Of a stretch of DNA of 64,000 nucleotides, positions 21,608-31,717 are shown piece by piece. This DNA is from an uncultured delta proteobacterium. Its GTDB lineage: Bacteria > Desulfobacterota > Syntrophia > Syntrophales > UBA2185. Both the position numbers and the translations under genes were made by a program. Position 1 is the stretch's first letter; every line of letters begins with the position of its first letter. The stretch is from the NCBI GenBank assembly GCA_963729715.1, contig CAVSPA010000004.1, positions 576,001 to 640,000 of the forward strand, in the 5' to 3' direction. The notes beneath the pieces were generated by a model. That model made no database searches and was not told the DNA's origin. It saw nothing but the letters and a program-made list of their open reading frames with translations.

Positions 21608-21690
21608 TTGAAGCTCTCCGCAGCAAGCTGCGAAGATTCTTAGATTCTTAAGGAACAGCATCGTTCGTCATCCGTTCGCTACCGAATTCG
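21608..21690. repeat. Dispersed palindromic repeat/MITE remnant (TTGAAGCTCTCCGCAGCAAGCTGCG...)
   Basis: Hairpin CGCAGC-AA-GCTGCG at 21619-21632; same TTGAAGCTCTC head recurs at 32516 and 61808. Confidence 0.55.
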
Positions 21691-21765
21691 AGATCGCCCA
21701 GTCGGCGTCTGCAACGGAAGGTGGAGGGCGGGAATGGTCTTTCATGGCTTATAATTTAGAGAACT

Positions 21766-22857
21766 ATGTCGCACCTAAATAATGAAATGCTCCAATTCGT
21801 GCGCCAGGCGTTCCGGCTTGAGAGCTCAGATGCCCTGATCAGCATACCCTTGGCTAAGCGCGGGTCAGGCAGATCTTTCCATCGAATCAAATATGAAGAT
21901 CACGGTTCTGTCGTCTTCATGTGTTACGACCAATTTCGCAAAGAGAACTACTACTACGCCACGATTGCCGACTTCCTTCTCACGATCCATGTTCCCGTCC
22001 CCCGGATTCTGGCACACGATCGTCTGAGGGGCTTCATTGTCATGGAAGATCTCGGAGACAGAGATCTCTGGTCCTACAGGGATGAGTCGTGGATAAGAAG
22101 AAGTGCGTATTACCGTACTACCCTTTCCATTGCATATAGACTCCATGCCTTTCCGGTCCAGGATTTCCCATTCGATAAAGTTCCGTTAATGGAAGAATTT
22201 AGTCCCGACCTTTACCGATGGGAGCGCGATTACTTCCTTGAGAATTTTGTGCAAGGCGTCTGCCGTATCAAGCTCCATCCATCGGATGCGAAAGATTTAG
22301 AGGACGAATTGAAGAGCCTATCGGCGCGTCTTGAAGATGCAAAACCAAGCCTCGTGCACAGGGATCTGCAGTCCCAGAACGTGATGATATGCAAGGACCA
22401 GCCGGCATTAATAGATTTTCAGGGCATGCGCTTCGGCAATCTATTTTACGACCTTGGATCACTGCTCTATGATCCTTATGTCCTTCTGACGGAGAATGAA
22501 CGCATGGAGTTGCTTTTATATTACTACCAGCTTCCGGCTCGCGGCGGCGTAGACGCGTCACAAGATAATATATCTTTCGGCAAGAAAATCATCAAGGTCT
22601 CGCAGGTGAAGGCGGATATTCTGAGAACCGACTGGGCGGGATTTCAGGATAAATTCCGGGACGCGTCGGCCCAGCGCCTAATGCAGGCCCTCGGCGCTTA
22701 TGGATTTCTCGGTTTGAAGAGCGGTCTTACGGAATTTATCGCCCATATCCCCGCGGGCGTTCTAAATCTTGTTGACAGCACTTCCCGCGCCAAACGTCTG
22801 CCGTTGCTGAAAAATCTAGCCATGAAATGTCAGCACTCTCTCGGCCGCAAACCCTGA
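21766..22857 (+). CDS. amgK: APH-family phosphotransferase, anomeric MurNAc/GlcNAc kinase-like
   Basis: GSGRSFHR, MEDLGD, VHRDLQSQN, IDFQG, YDLGSLLYDPY, QRLMQALGAYGFL. Confidence 0.8.
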   Translation: MSHLNNEMLQFVRQAFRLESSDALISIPLAKRGSGRSFHRIKYEDHGSVVFMCYDQFRKENYYYATIADFLLTIHVPVPRILAHDRLRGFIVMEDLGDRDLWSYRDESWIRRSAYYRTTLSIAYRLHAFPVQDFPFDKVPLMEEFSPDLYRWERDYFLENFVQGVCRIKLHPSDAKDLEDELKSLSARLEDAKPSLVHRDLQSQNVMICKDQPALIDFQGMRFGNLFYDLGSLLYDPYVLLTENERMELLLYYYQLPARGGVDASQDNISFGKKIIKVSQVKADILRTDWAGFQDKFRDASAQRLMQALGAYGFLGLKSGLTEFIAHIPAGVLNLVDSTSRAKRLPLLKNLAMKCQHSLGRKP

Positions 22858-22955
22858 GTACTGAATAATCCCCTCATAGTGACAGGCCTCCTGATGGACA
22901 CCGTCTAATCAGAGATCGGCTGCGTTTCGAATTCTTTGCGTCGAATTCTTTGCCG

Positions 22956-22984
22956 TTGACATCCGATTACAATCGTTTTATATA
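22956..22984 (+). promoter_or_regulatory. Sigma70-type promoter of ndk-like gene
   Basis: TTGACA-N17-TATATA. Confidence 0.55.
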
Positions 22985-23029
22985 GAAAAAGTGAAAAGAC
23001 ATTCTCTGCCGTATACAGGAAATCAATAT

Positions 23030-24247
23030 ATGACAACCGAACTGACATACGTAGTTATCACACCGTACAGCCTCATTAAGTCGAGAACTGGTAATATCAT
23101 AGCGAGACTCATGTCTCTCTCCGGCTGCGACCTGGTCGGGATTCGCATGATGCGGCCGTCCGATTCGTTTGTAGATGAATACATAAGGCGCGTGAAAAGC
23201 CTGAGCATCTCGCCCGGCTTAGGTGAGGCCCTTGTCGATTATATCGATCAGAACCTTCGGCGTGAAAATATTCTCAGGCAGGATAACCGCTGTCTCTTTC
23301 TTCTTTTCGAAGGTAAAGACGCCGTGGAGCGCATTTACGACGTGGTCGGTGAATTGACAACGGCGGCAGAATCGGAAGCCATTCGCGGAACCATTCGCGG
23401 AACTTACAGCGACTACGTCACCACCCCCCACGGGACGGTCCGGTATTTCGAGCCCGCTGTCTTGCTGCCGACAAATCTTGAATACGCAAAGAATAATCTG
23501 GAGCTTTTCGCTGAGCTGGGATTTAACGACTCCGGCATTTACGAAGAATGCTCCGAAGGAGAAACAACGCTGGTCATTCTGAAGCCCGACAATTTCTTCA
23601 AGCATTCCGTCCGGCCGGGAAATATGATCGATATGTTTTCCAAGACCGGCCTCCGGATTGTCGGCGCCCGGATGATCCGAATGAGCGCCGCTCAGGGCGA
23701 GGAGTTCTATGGATTCCTGCGCGATGTCTTCAAGAAGAAACTGAAGCCGCGGATCGCAACCCGGCTCAAGCAGGGAATGGAGGGTCTGTTCAATTTCCAG
23801 ATAACGGATGAAGAATACGACGCGATGGCTGAAGTCATCAACGAAAAGAATTCTCTGTACGAGTTTGCCCAGATCGTAAAATATATGACTGGCCTAGATC
23901 GGAAAAATGAATCGCCTTCCGACCGCGATAAGCCTGGAGAACACCGCGCTTTGGCGCTGCTCTACCGCGGCCCTAACGCAGTTGAGACAATCCGCGAACG
24001 CCTGGGCGTGACCGATCCCGCAATAGCCGCAGAAGGCACTATCCGTTCTGATTTCGGCCAGAACATCCTGCAGAACGCCGCACATGCATCAGACTCCATT
24101 GAAAACGCCGTCCGTGAAAGAAAAATCATCGGTCTCTATGGTAATGCAGGCGACGACTGCCGGATAATAATCCAAAATTGGCTGAAGGATGATCGTGGTG
24201 ATTCAGTACCCCTGAAGGAAGCAGTGAGAATTCAAGAACGGCGTTAA
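23030..24247 (+). CDS. ndk: Tandem-domain nucleoside diphosphate kinase (about 405 aa)
   Basis: Two NDK-like repeats; C-terminal one has LKPD, GTIRSDFG and catalytic NAAHASDS. Confidence 0.8.
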   Translation: MTTELTYVVITPYSLIKSRTGNIIARLMSLSGCDLVGIRMMRPSDSFVDEYIRRVKSLSISPGLGEALVDYIDQNLRRENILRQDNRCLFLLFEGKDAVERIYDVVGELTTAAESEAIRGTIRGTYSDYVTTPHGTVRYFEPAVLLPTNLEYAKNNLELFAELGFNDSGIYEECSEGETTLVILKPDNFFKHSVRPGNMIDMFSKTGLRIVGARMIRMSAAQGEEFYGFLRDVFKKKLKPRIATRLKQGMEGLFNFQITDEEYDAMAEVINEKNSLYEFAQIVKYMTGLDRKNESPSDRDKPGEHRALALLYRGPNAVETIRERLGVTDPAIAAEGTIRSDFGQNILQNAAHASDSIENAVRERKIIGLYGNAGDDCRIIIQNWLKDDRGDSVPLKEAVRIQERR

Positions 24248-24305
24248 TGACGTCGCTCCGCGTGAAACGTGAGTTTCCAGGCGCAACTTCATGAGGCTGC
24301 ATGGA

Positions 24306-24998
24306 TTATCCGAACTCCGGCATTAATTCCCAGTTGCCACGCAGGGTCTCATATCGCAACCCTGATTTTAGAAGACCATTAAACTCATCGCGGGAAATGA
24401 AGCGAGCCCCCAAGCTTTCCATATGGGCAGTATAAACCTGGCAATCCAGGAACTCAAATTTGAGTTCCTTTAATTTGCGAACCAAATCGATCAACGCCGC
24501 CTTTGATGCATTGCTCATAAGCGAAAACATAGACTCGCCGAAAAAGCAGCGCCCGAGCGATACACCGTAAATGCCGCCTACGAGTTTCTCCTCATGCCAG
24601 GCCTCTGAGGAATGGGCAATTCCAAGCTCATGCAGCTTGCAATATGCCTCAAGCATGTCATCCGTAATCCAGGTGCCCTTCTGTTTTCTCCTCAATTTCT
24701 GACAGGAAAGAATGACTTCGCGAAATTTATGATCGTACGTAATCCGAAAGGTCCCTCGCCGCAGCACTTTCATCATGCTTCGCGAGACCCTAAGTTCATT
24801 TAGGAATAATATGAATCGCGGATCGGGAGACCACCAGATGATGGGATCGCCTTCTGAATACCATGGGAAGATGCCCTGGCTGTAGGCCGCAATCAGTCTG
24901 TCCGGCGAAAGGTCGCCGCCGACGGCAAGGATACCATTGCCCGATGTCATATCAACGGGAGGAAAGATTACTTCGTCGCCCAGTCGAAAAATCGGCAT
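24306..24998 (-). CDS. aat: Leucyl/phenylalanyl-tRNA--protein transferase
   Basis: GGDLS..AY..GIFPW..WWSPDPR, TWIT, GESMFS, NASK. Confidence 0.96.
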   Translation of the reverse strand: MPIFRLGDEVIFPPVDMTSGNGILAVGGDLSPDRLIAAYSQGIFPWYSEGDPIIWWSPDPRFILFLNELRVSRSMMKVLRRGTFRITYDHKFREVILSCQKLRRKQKGTWITDDMLEAYCKLHELGIAHSSEAWHEEKLVGGIYGVSLGRCFFGESMFSLMSNASKAALIDLVRKLKELKFEFLDCQVYTAHMESLGARFISRDEFNGLLKSGLRYETLRGNWELMPEFG

Positions 24999-25099
24999 GG
25001 AATATTAGCACCGAATTCCCATAGCCCATTGGGCACCATGAGACATTAAGCCATGACGCTGAGGTTCTGACAAAAGAAAATGTGTTCTCGCAGCAGTAG

Positions 25100-27379
25100 C
25101 TAAACGACCTCGCATTCTTCACGGACGTGGACAACGACATCATCACATTCGATATCCACGATGGCACTGCCGCCCTTTTGCAGTTTGCCGAAAAGCACCT
25201 CGTCCACAAAGAACCCTTTTATCTTGTCCTGGATCAGGCGCGCAATCTCTCTTGCCCCAAACTCCTCAGAGTAGCCCTTACTGGCAAGCCATTCGTAACA
25301 CAGGTCGGTAACCTGAAGATTCACATTCTTCTCCTGCAATTGAACTGCGAATTCAGCGATCGCTTTTTTTACGATCATGAGCACCACCTCATGGGTAAGG
25401 CTGTTGAAGTTGACAACACCATCGAGACGGTTCCTGAACTCAGGCGAAAAGATCCGCTCCACCGCCGTGAACACGGCGTCCGGATTGACGCTCTTGGCTT
25501 CGAATCCGATAATCTGCCTGCCGATCTCCCGCGCACCTGCATTAGATGTCATGAGTATGACGACGTTGCGAAAATCTGCTTTCTTTCCGTTGTTGTCCGT
25601 CAATGTTGCGTAGTCCATGACCTGCAACAGTGTGTTGAAAATATCGGCATGAGCCTTTTCGATCTCATCAAGGAGCAGGACGGAATGGGGATTCTTCCTT
25701 ATTGCCTCAGTAAGCAGTCCGCCCTCTTCATAACCGACATAGCCCGGAGGCGCCCCCACAAACTTTGCAACGGTGTGCTTTTCCTGATATTCACTCATAT
25801 CGTAGCGGTTCAGCGGCACCCCGAGAGTCAGCGCGAGCTGGCGCGCCAGTTCGGTCTTTCCCACGCCCGTTGGTCCCACAAACAACAGGGAGGCTACCGG
25901 TTTGTGCGGTTCTCGGAACCCCACGCGCGAACGCTTTATGGCCTCCACGACCAACTCAATCGCCTTGTCCTGTCCGAAGATCCTGCTTTTGAGGCCTGTC
26001 TCCAGGTCCTTGAGCTTGTTCAGCTCAGACGAAGAAATGCTCTTTTCCGGAATTCTCGCTATCTTGGCAATCACCGCTTCGATATCATGAAGATCAACCA
26101 CCTTCTCTGCACCCTCATCGGCGTCCTTCATATTAGCCAGAGCGCCGGCTTCATCGATCACATCGATAGCCTTATCGGGTAGCCTTCGGTCATTGATATA
26201 TTTATCGGATAATTCCGCGGCGGCGCGAAGGGCCTCTTCAGTATATGACACATGATGATATTCTTCATACCTCTTCTTGATGCCCTCAAGAATCTTCACT
26301 GTGTCGTCCGTTGTCGGTTCCATTACCTCGATCTTCTGAAACCTGCGGGAGAGGGCCCCATCCTTTTCAAAGTACTTGCGGTATTCGTCATATGTGGTGG
26401 AGCCGACACAACGCAGTTTGCCGGAAGCGAGCGCCGGCTTCAGGATATTCGAAGCATCGAGGGACCCCCCTGAAACAGCCCCGGCGCCAACGATATTATG
26501 AATCTCGTCGATGAAGAGGATTATTTTCTCCTGCCTCTGAAGTTCGGCTATTACGCGCTTCATGCGCTCTTCAAAATCGCCCCTGAATCTGGTGCCGGCA
26601 ATTATGGCACCCATGTCCAAGGCGTAAATCTTCGAATCCTTCAGACGCTTTGGGACCTTCCCGTCGGCAATGAGTTGCGCCAGCCCTTCCGTTATCGCCG
26701 TTTTTCCCACTCCGGGCTCGCCGACATGGACGGGGTTGTTCTTATATCGCCGGCAAAGGACCTGAATGGTTCGTTCGAGAACATCCTCCCTGCCTATCAA
26801 AGGATCAATATCTCCCGCTTTCGCCTTGGCCGTCAGTTCTGTCGTGAATGACTTTAGTATTTTGCTTGGATCAGAGTCCTTTTCCCTGGGTTCTTGCTCA
26901 GGCTCATTTTCCTCCCGCTTCTTACTCCGCCTTTGCACTTCCGTTGTATCGGGAATCACGGAGACTCCGTGAGAGATATAATTGAGCAGGGAAAGCCGTG
27001 TGATCCCCTCTTTCTTGAGAAAAAATGAGGCATATGATCCCTTTTCATCGAGAATTGAAACCAGAACATCTCCTAATTCGACAATATCTTTCTGCGCGGA
27101 GGTCGTATGCCATACGGCCCGCTCCAAAACATTTTGAAAACCCAGTGACTGGACGGATTGAGCTCCCTCCACGACAGGATTGCCCTCGCGGAGATGTTTT
27201 GCCAACACCCTTTTTAAATGCTCCGGATCGCCACCGCATCTCTGGACGATTTCAGATCCATCATCAAAGAAAAGCGCGGCATATAAAAGGTGTTCCGGCG
27301 TTACAAACTCATGAGACCGCGTATTAGCCTCGGCATACGCAGCCATGATGATTTGATTCAGATTCTCACTTATCTTCAT
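25100..27379 (-). CDS. clpA: ATP-dependent Clp protease ATP-binding subunit ClpA
   Basis: Two AAA+ modules ([16 protein letters not shown]); lies between clpS and aat. Confidence 0.96.
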   Translation of the reverse strand: MKISENLNQIIMAAYAEANTRSHEFVTPEHLLYAALFFDDGSEIVQRCGGDPEHLKRVLAKHLREGNPVVEGAQSVQSLGFQNVLERAVWHTTSAQKDIVELGDVLVSILDEKGSYASFFLKKEGITRLSLLNYISHGVSVIPDTTEVQRRSKKREENEPEQEPREKDSDPSKILKSFTTELTAKAKAGDIDPLIGREDVLERTIQVLCRRYKNNPVHVGEPGVGKTAITEGLAQLIADGKVPKRLKDSKIYALDMGAIIAGTRFRGDFEERMKRVIAELQRQEKIILFIDEIHNIVGAGAVSGGSLDASNILKPALASGKLRCVGSTTYDEYRKYFEKDGALSRRFQKIEVMEPTTDDTVKILEGIKKRYEEYHHVSYTEEALRAAAELSDKYINDRRLPDKAIDVIDEAGALANMKDADEGAEKVVDLHDIEAVIAKIARIPEKSISSSELNKLKDLETGLKSRIFGQDKAIELVVEAIKRSRVGFREPHKPVASLLFVGPTGVGKTELARQLALTLGVPLNRYDMSEYQEKHTVAKFVGAPPGYVGYEEGGLLTEAIRKNPHSVLLLDEIEKAHADIFNTLLQVMDYATLTDNNGKKADFRNVVILMTSNAGAREIGRQIIGFEAKSVNPDAVFTAVERIFSPEFRNRLDGVVNFNSLTHEVVLMIVKKAIAEFAVQLQEKNVNLQVTDLCYEWLASKGYSEEFGAREIARLIQDKIKGFFVDEVLFGKLQKGGSAIVDIECDDVVVHVREECEVV

Positions 27380-27396
27380 TATATTCCCCCTATCGA

Positions 27397-27720
27397 TCAG
27401 GCCTCTTCTAATGAACATTTTAGAGGGAATTCTCTCAGTTTCGCCATGGTATGTACCTGAGCTGCCTTCGTGGCAGCAATATCGTATGTATATACGCCAC
27501 ATGCACCTGCGCCTTTATTGTGGACGTCGAGCATGATTTTGATCGCTTCCGCCGCCGGCTTATGAAACACAAGTATCAGAACTTCGACGACAAACTCCAT
27601 TGTCGTGTAATGATCATTATGAAGTATAACCCGATACATCTTAGGTTCTTGAAGTACCGTATCGGGATCTAACTTGACATCTCTGTCATCCATGGAATCA
27701 GGATCAAGATATTTCGCCAT
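27397..27720 (-). CDS. clpS: Clp protease adaptor ClpS
   Basis: YRVILHNDHYTTMEFVV..MLDVH..G.G..FPL. Confidence 0.96.
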   Translation of the reverse strand: MAKYLDPDSMDDRDVKLDPDTVLQEPKMYRVILHNDHYTTMEFVVEVLILVFHKPAAEAIKIMLDVHNKGAGACGVYTYDIAATKAAQVHTMAKLREFPLKCSLEEA

Positions 27721-27860
27721 ACCAAACCCTCAAAATGCACATCAGTAGTTTACCTTTTTTAGTCAATTGTATAAAAATAGTATAGAACACGAGGGGCTAA
27801 CTGTCAATGTCGTTATTGAACTCCTGTTATTGAGCTCCTGGAAATGCTGTAAACTTGAAT

Positions 27861-28495
27861 AGTCATATACCTCCGGCAAAGCCGGAGGCTTGAATGTATG
27901 AACCGCTCAAAGCGGATTTAATTTACTGAACCACCTGAAGGTGGTTACTCCTCAAACATGTTGAGCTGATCGAGACGCCGGTCTTCTTGCTCTTGTTTTC
28001 TGATGTATTCTCGAATGGTGGCTTCATCTCTGCCAACGGTGGAAACTTCATAACCTCTGGCCCAAAAGTGCTGACCGGTGAAATTCTTGCGATGACCCAT
28101 AAAGTTTCTCGCAATATGTATCGCGCTCTTGCCTTTGATGAAACCAACCACTTGCGCTACCGCATGCTTCGGCGGAATGGAGATCAACATATGCACATGA
28201 TCAACTCGAAGATGACCCTCGATAACCTGACTCTCTTTCTGAATCGCGAGGTCCCTGAATGTTGACCCCAAATATCTCCGCAGTTGCTCGTAAATCGCTT
28301 TCCTCCGACACTTCGGTATCCATACCACATGGTACTTGCATTCCCATGACGTATGGCTTAAACTCTGCCTGTCGTTCAACTGAAACCTCCTTCCCCGTAA
28401 ACTTCGAACGGTTCACGGATAGGAGGTTTCCTTTATATTCCCGGAATTGTCAAACTCTGGGAGTCCTCCGGCAGAGCCGGTGGTTTACCCAGGAT
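27861..28495 (-). mobile_element. IS200-type insertion sequence (tnpA only, no tnpB)
   Basis: Subterminal hairpins CCTCCGGC-AAA-GCCGGAGG (27870-27888) and CCTCCGGC-AGA-GCCGGTGG (28465-28483) flank a Y1 transposase; ends approximate. Confidence 0.9.
27945..28379 (-). CDS. tnpA: IS200/IS605 family Y1 (HUH) transposase
   Basis: CKYHVVWIPK, DHVHML (HUH), IKGKS, FWARGY, EYIRKQ catalytic Tyr; TTG start. Confidence 0.96.
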   Translation of the reverse strand: MNDRQSLSHTSWECKYHVVWIPKCRRKAIYEQLRRYLGSTFRDLAIQKESQVIEGHLRVDHVHMLISIPPKHAVAQVVGFIKGKSAIHIARNFMGHRKNFTGQHFWARGYEVSTVGRDEATIREYIRKQEQEDRRLDQLNMFEE

Positions 28496-28669
28496 TAATT
28501 AGATATTCAGATAATGTTAGGCCGTTTTCTCGCTGGCCGAGACATCGTCTCCCCCGCGATCCAGGTGTCATTTCCGTCTTTTCGATAATATTGTCTGGTT
28601 GTGCGATATCCGCTTCTATGCTAAAAAATCTCGACGATAATCGGGATAGTTTCTTTTAGGGGGTAACTC

Positions 28670-30151
28670 ATGAACAAGCTGACCGTTGTGACGCCGTTCA
28701 GTTTGCAGTCTGACTTTGAAAAAACGCTCCGCATCTTCATTCAATCACCTCTGATCGAGGAAGTGATTGTCCTCCATGAGGGAGGCTTCAAACCAACATC
28801 TCCGAAGTGTCAAGTCATGAGAACCGCATCGCTGAATTCCGGCAAGGCATTGAACGAACTCATAGAAAGAATCAGGACAGATTCTCTTCTTATAATTGCA
28901 AAACCTGAAGCTATTGAGATTCCACCCGCCACGCTCGAACGGTTTATCGACATAGCGGAATCCACGGATCCAGGCATGGTCTACTCCGACTACCTGGAAA
29001 AAGAAGAGGGCGGCCTCGTTGAGCATCCCGTCAATGACTATCAACTCGGAAGCATCCGTGACGAATTTGATTTCGGATACGTGATCCTATTCTCTATCCC
29101 AGCAATCAGACGGGCATTAAGAAAGTACGGCCCCATACCCGCCGTCATTCATGCCGGATTGTATGACTTACGGCTGAAGGTTTCCGTCGACCACAGTCTT
29201 TTCCACATTCAGGAGTTTCTCTACACGAGGAAAGAATCAGAAGCGAATACAGATAAAGTAAGATCACGGGGTGAGGGTCAGTTCAATTATGTTGCTCCCT
29301 GGAGCCAGGCGGTACAAAAAGAAATGGAACTAGTTGCCACAGAGCACTTAAAAAATATCCGCGCCTTCCTTAAACCGCGTTTTAAAAATATACCTCGATC
29401 TCAGTATGCGTTTCCTGTTGAGGCAAGTGTCATCATACCCGTGCGGAACCGTGTGCGCACAATCGCGGACGCGGTGCATAGCGCCTTGACGCAGGAGACC
29501 GACTTTCCGTACAATGTGATTGTTGTGGACAATCATTCCACTGACGGAACGACTCCAATCCTGTCTGAGCTTGCCGGCAGCAATCCGGCTCTGAAACATA
29601 TTACTCCTTCAAGATTTGACCTCACTATCGGCGGGTGCTGGAACGAAGCCGTCTTTTCCGACCTCTGCGGCCGCCACGCCGTTCAATTGGACTCAGACGA
29701 TCTTTATGAGAGCCCCGGGACATTGCAGAAGCTCATCGACGTGATGAGAAGCGGAGACTTTGCCATGGTCATCGGCTCTTACACACTCGTCGATGAATCT
29801 CTGCAAGAGATTCCGCCCGGTATAATAGACCACAGGGAATGGACGGATGAGAACGGATACAACAATGCATTACGCGTTAACGGACTGGGGGCGCCGCGCG
29901 CCTTTGATACGGCGCTTCTACGGACAATCGGCTTCCTCAACGTGGGCTATGGAGAAGACTATGCAATGGCCCTCAGATTATCAAGAGAGTATCGCATAGG
30001 CAGGATTTATGAGAGCCTCTATCTGTGCCGGCGGTGGGCGGGCAATACGGATGCCCGCGTCCCCATAGAGAAGCGTAATCGCCATGATGCGTTCAAAGAT
30101 AAGATTCGAACCGTTGAAATCATGGCGCGCCGAAAACTGCAGCCGAAATGA
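28670..30151 (+). CDS. Glycosyltransferase family 2 with degenerate N-terminal GT-A-like domain
   Basis: SVIIPVRNR, VVDNHSTDGT, QLDSDD, GEDY. Confidence 0.9.
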   Translation: MNKLTVVTPFSLQSDFEKTLRIFIQSPLIEEVIVLHEGGFKPTSPKCQVMRTASLNSGKALNELIERIRTDSLLIIAKPEAIEIPPATLERFIDIAESTDPGMVYSDYLEKEEGGLVEHPVNDYQLGSIRDEFDFGYVILFSIPAIRRALRKYGPIPAVIHAGLYDLRLKVSVDHSLFHIQEFLYTRKESEANTDKVRSRGEGQFNYVAPWSQAVQKEMELVATEHLKNIRAFLKPRFKNIPRSQYAFPVEASVIIPVRNRVRTIADAVHSALTQETDFPYNVIVVDNHSTDGTTPILSELAGSNPALKHITPSRFDLTIGGCWNEAVFSDLCGRHAVQLDSDDLYESPGTLQKLIDVMRSGDFAMVIGSYTLVDESLQEIPPGIIDHREWTDENGYNNALRVNGLGAPRAFDTALLRTIGFLNVGYGEDYAMALRLSREYRIGRIYESLYLCRRWAGNTDARVPIEKRNRHDAFKDKIRTVEIMARRKLQPK

Positions 30152-30161
30152 GAGACCACAT

Positions 30162-31160
30162 ATGGACGCGCTCTTGCAAGAAGGAATATTCACCATATTT
30201 GACGGGAAAACGCCCGGGCCATCTCTGTCGGCGCAATGCTGCGATCTTCTCGAAAAGCAAAAGGCCTCATGGCCCGATCTTTCCCTCGGATATGCGGCCC
30301 TGGGGAGTGTGCGGGTAAAGGAGCTCCGCTGCAACGGCTTCTCTGTGAGGCTGCATCATAATCCCGGAAGGATCAAGAGCACTACCGCCAAGGTTGACCA
30401 AAAATCCATCGAAAAGAGGCCTTGCTTTCTCTGTCTTAAAAATCTCCCCGAGCCCCAACGCGGCATCTTATACAGGGGGGATTTCATTGTCCTCTGCAAT
30501 CCGTTTCCTATCTGTCCGGAGCACTATACGATTGCGCATATTATTCATGGTCCCCAGTTGTTTAAAGGGATGGTTTCAACATTTCTCAAGATGGCGAAGG
30601 ACTTCAGCCCCGATTTCAATGTGTTCTATAACGGCCCGGAAAGCGGTGCTTCCGCGCCGGACCACCTGCACTTTCAAGCGATTAATCGAGGAGTACTGCC
30701 AATCGAGAAAGAAATCAAAGACAAGGCAAGGCTGGTATTGGTCAAACGCATCCACGCCACATCTCTTTTCACGGCGAAAAATCTGGGAAGAGAGGTAATT
30801 ATTCTGGAAGGAAGGGATTCCACCGCTATCGGTGACGCCTTGACAGAAATTATCTCGGGCATGAAACGCGTCCTCGCGTCACCGGCAGAACCGCGGATGA
30901 ATCTGCTTTGCTCTTATAACGGAAATAAATGGCAGGTCGTAATTTTTCCGCGGCAAAGGCGTCGCCCCTCCGTCTATTTCCTGCCCGGCGACGAGAAGAT
31001 TTTAATCTCACCGGGGCTGGTGGAGATGGGAGGTATCATAATAACACCTATAGGAAAAGATTTTGACAGAGTCAATGAAGATTTGGTCAGGGAAATTTAC
31101 ACGGAAGTCTCAGTTGACGAAGAAACCTTGCAAAAAATATTGGCAGCTCTATCTTTCTGA
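30162..31160 (+). CDS. DUF4922 domain protein (HIT/GalT-superfamily-like)
   Basis: NPGRIKST, RPCFLC, NPFPI, FYNGPESGASAPDHLHFQA. Confidence 0.85.
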   Translation: MDALLQEGIFTIFDGKTPGPSLSAQCCDLLEKQKASWPDLSLGYAALGSVRVKELRCNGFSVRLHHNPGRIKSTTAKVDQKSIEKRPCFLCLKNLPEPQRGILYRGDFIVLCNPFPICPEHYTIAHIIHGPQLFKGMVSTFLKMAKDFSPDFNVFYNGPESGASAPDHLHFQAINRGVLPIEKEIKDKARLVLVKRIHATSLFTAKNLGREVIILEGRDSTAIGDALTEIISGMKRVLASPAEPRMNLLCSYNGNKWQVVIFPRQRRRPSVYFLPGDEKILISPGLVEMGGIIITPIGKDFDRVNEDLVREIYTEVSVDEETLQKILAALSF

Positions 31161-31165
31161 CGCTT

Positions 31166-31717
31166 ATGAAAATGATAGCCATTATCGACAGCAGGATGAC
31201 ATTTGAGGAGGCCACCGCCGGGACAGACGCGCCCAGGGAGATAATTGACAAATTATGCCTCGTCGACGTGCGCTACCGGGCATTTGACGGCCAGCTGCAC
31301 CAGGGACAACTCGTGATTCACCAGGAGGTAAAGACGGACGTCGTGGAAATTTTTAAGCTCATGGAGCGAACGGGATTCCCTGTTTTCCAAGTTGTGCCGA
31401 TCGTGAAGTACGACTGGTCTGATGACCTGTCTATGGCAGACAATAATACGTCCGCCTTCAACTACCGCGTTGTTCAGGGCACCGACAGGCTATCAAACCA
31501 TGCATTCGGAAAGGCCGTGGATATTAACCCTTATTTCAATCCTGTCATAGATGAGGACGGCCGGTTTGATCCTCCGGGCGCCGCCTATCTTCCAGGGATT
31601 GCAGGGACGCTTGACGACTCACATCCCGTGGTGAGAGAATTCCTGAAGCGGGGATGGCGCTGGGGCGGACATTTCAGACCTAAGAAGGACTACCATCATT
31701 TTGACAAATCGGGATAA
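31166..31717 (+). CDS. M15 family Zn metallopeptidase (D,D-/L,D-peptidase-like), no signal peptide
   Basis: NNTSAFNYR, SNHAFGKAVDINP, WRWGG, DYHHF. Confidence 0.88.
   Translation: MKMIAIIDSRMTFEEATAGTDAPREIIDKLCLVDVRYRAFDGQLHQGQLVIHQEVKTDVVEIFKLMERTGFPVFQVVPIVKYDWSDDLSMADNNTSAFNYRVVQGTDRLSNHAFGKAVDINPYFNPVIDEDGRFDPPGAAYLPGIAGTLDDSHPVVREFLKRGWRWGGHFRPKKDYHHFDKSG

Noticed and set aside
22921..22953. Short tandem duplication TCGAATTCTTTGC x2
   Set aside because: Only two copies; likely a slippage duplication with no evident function
25127..26182. 351-aa antisense ORF within clpA, and similar shadow ORFs over recN, the kinase, spoIID, mdcA and the SSS gene
   Set aside because: Shadow frames of well-supported genes with no recognisable motifs
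27945..28670. TnpB/IscB RNA-guided nuclease associated with the IS200
   Set aside because: Both element ends flank tnpA closely, leaving no second ORF
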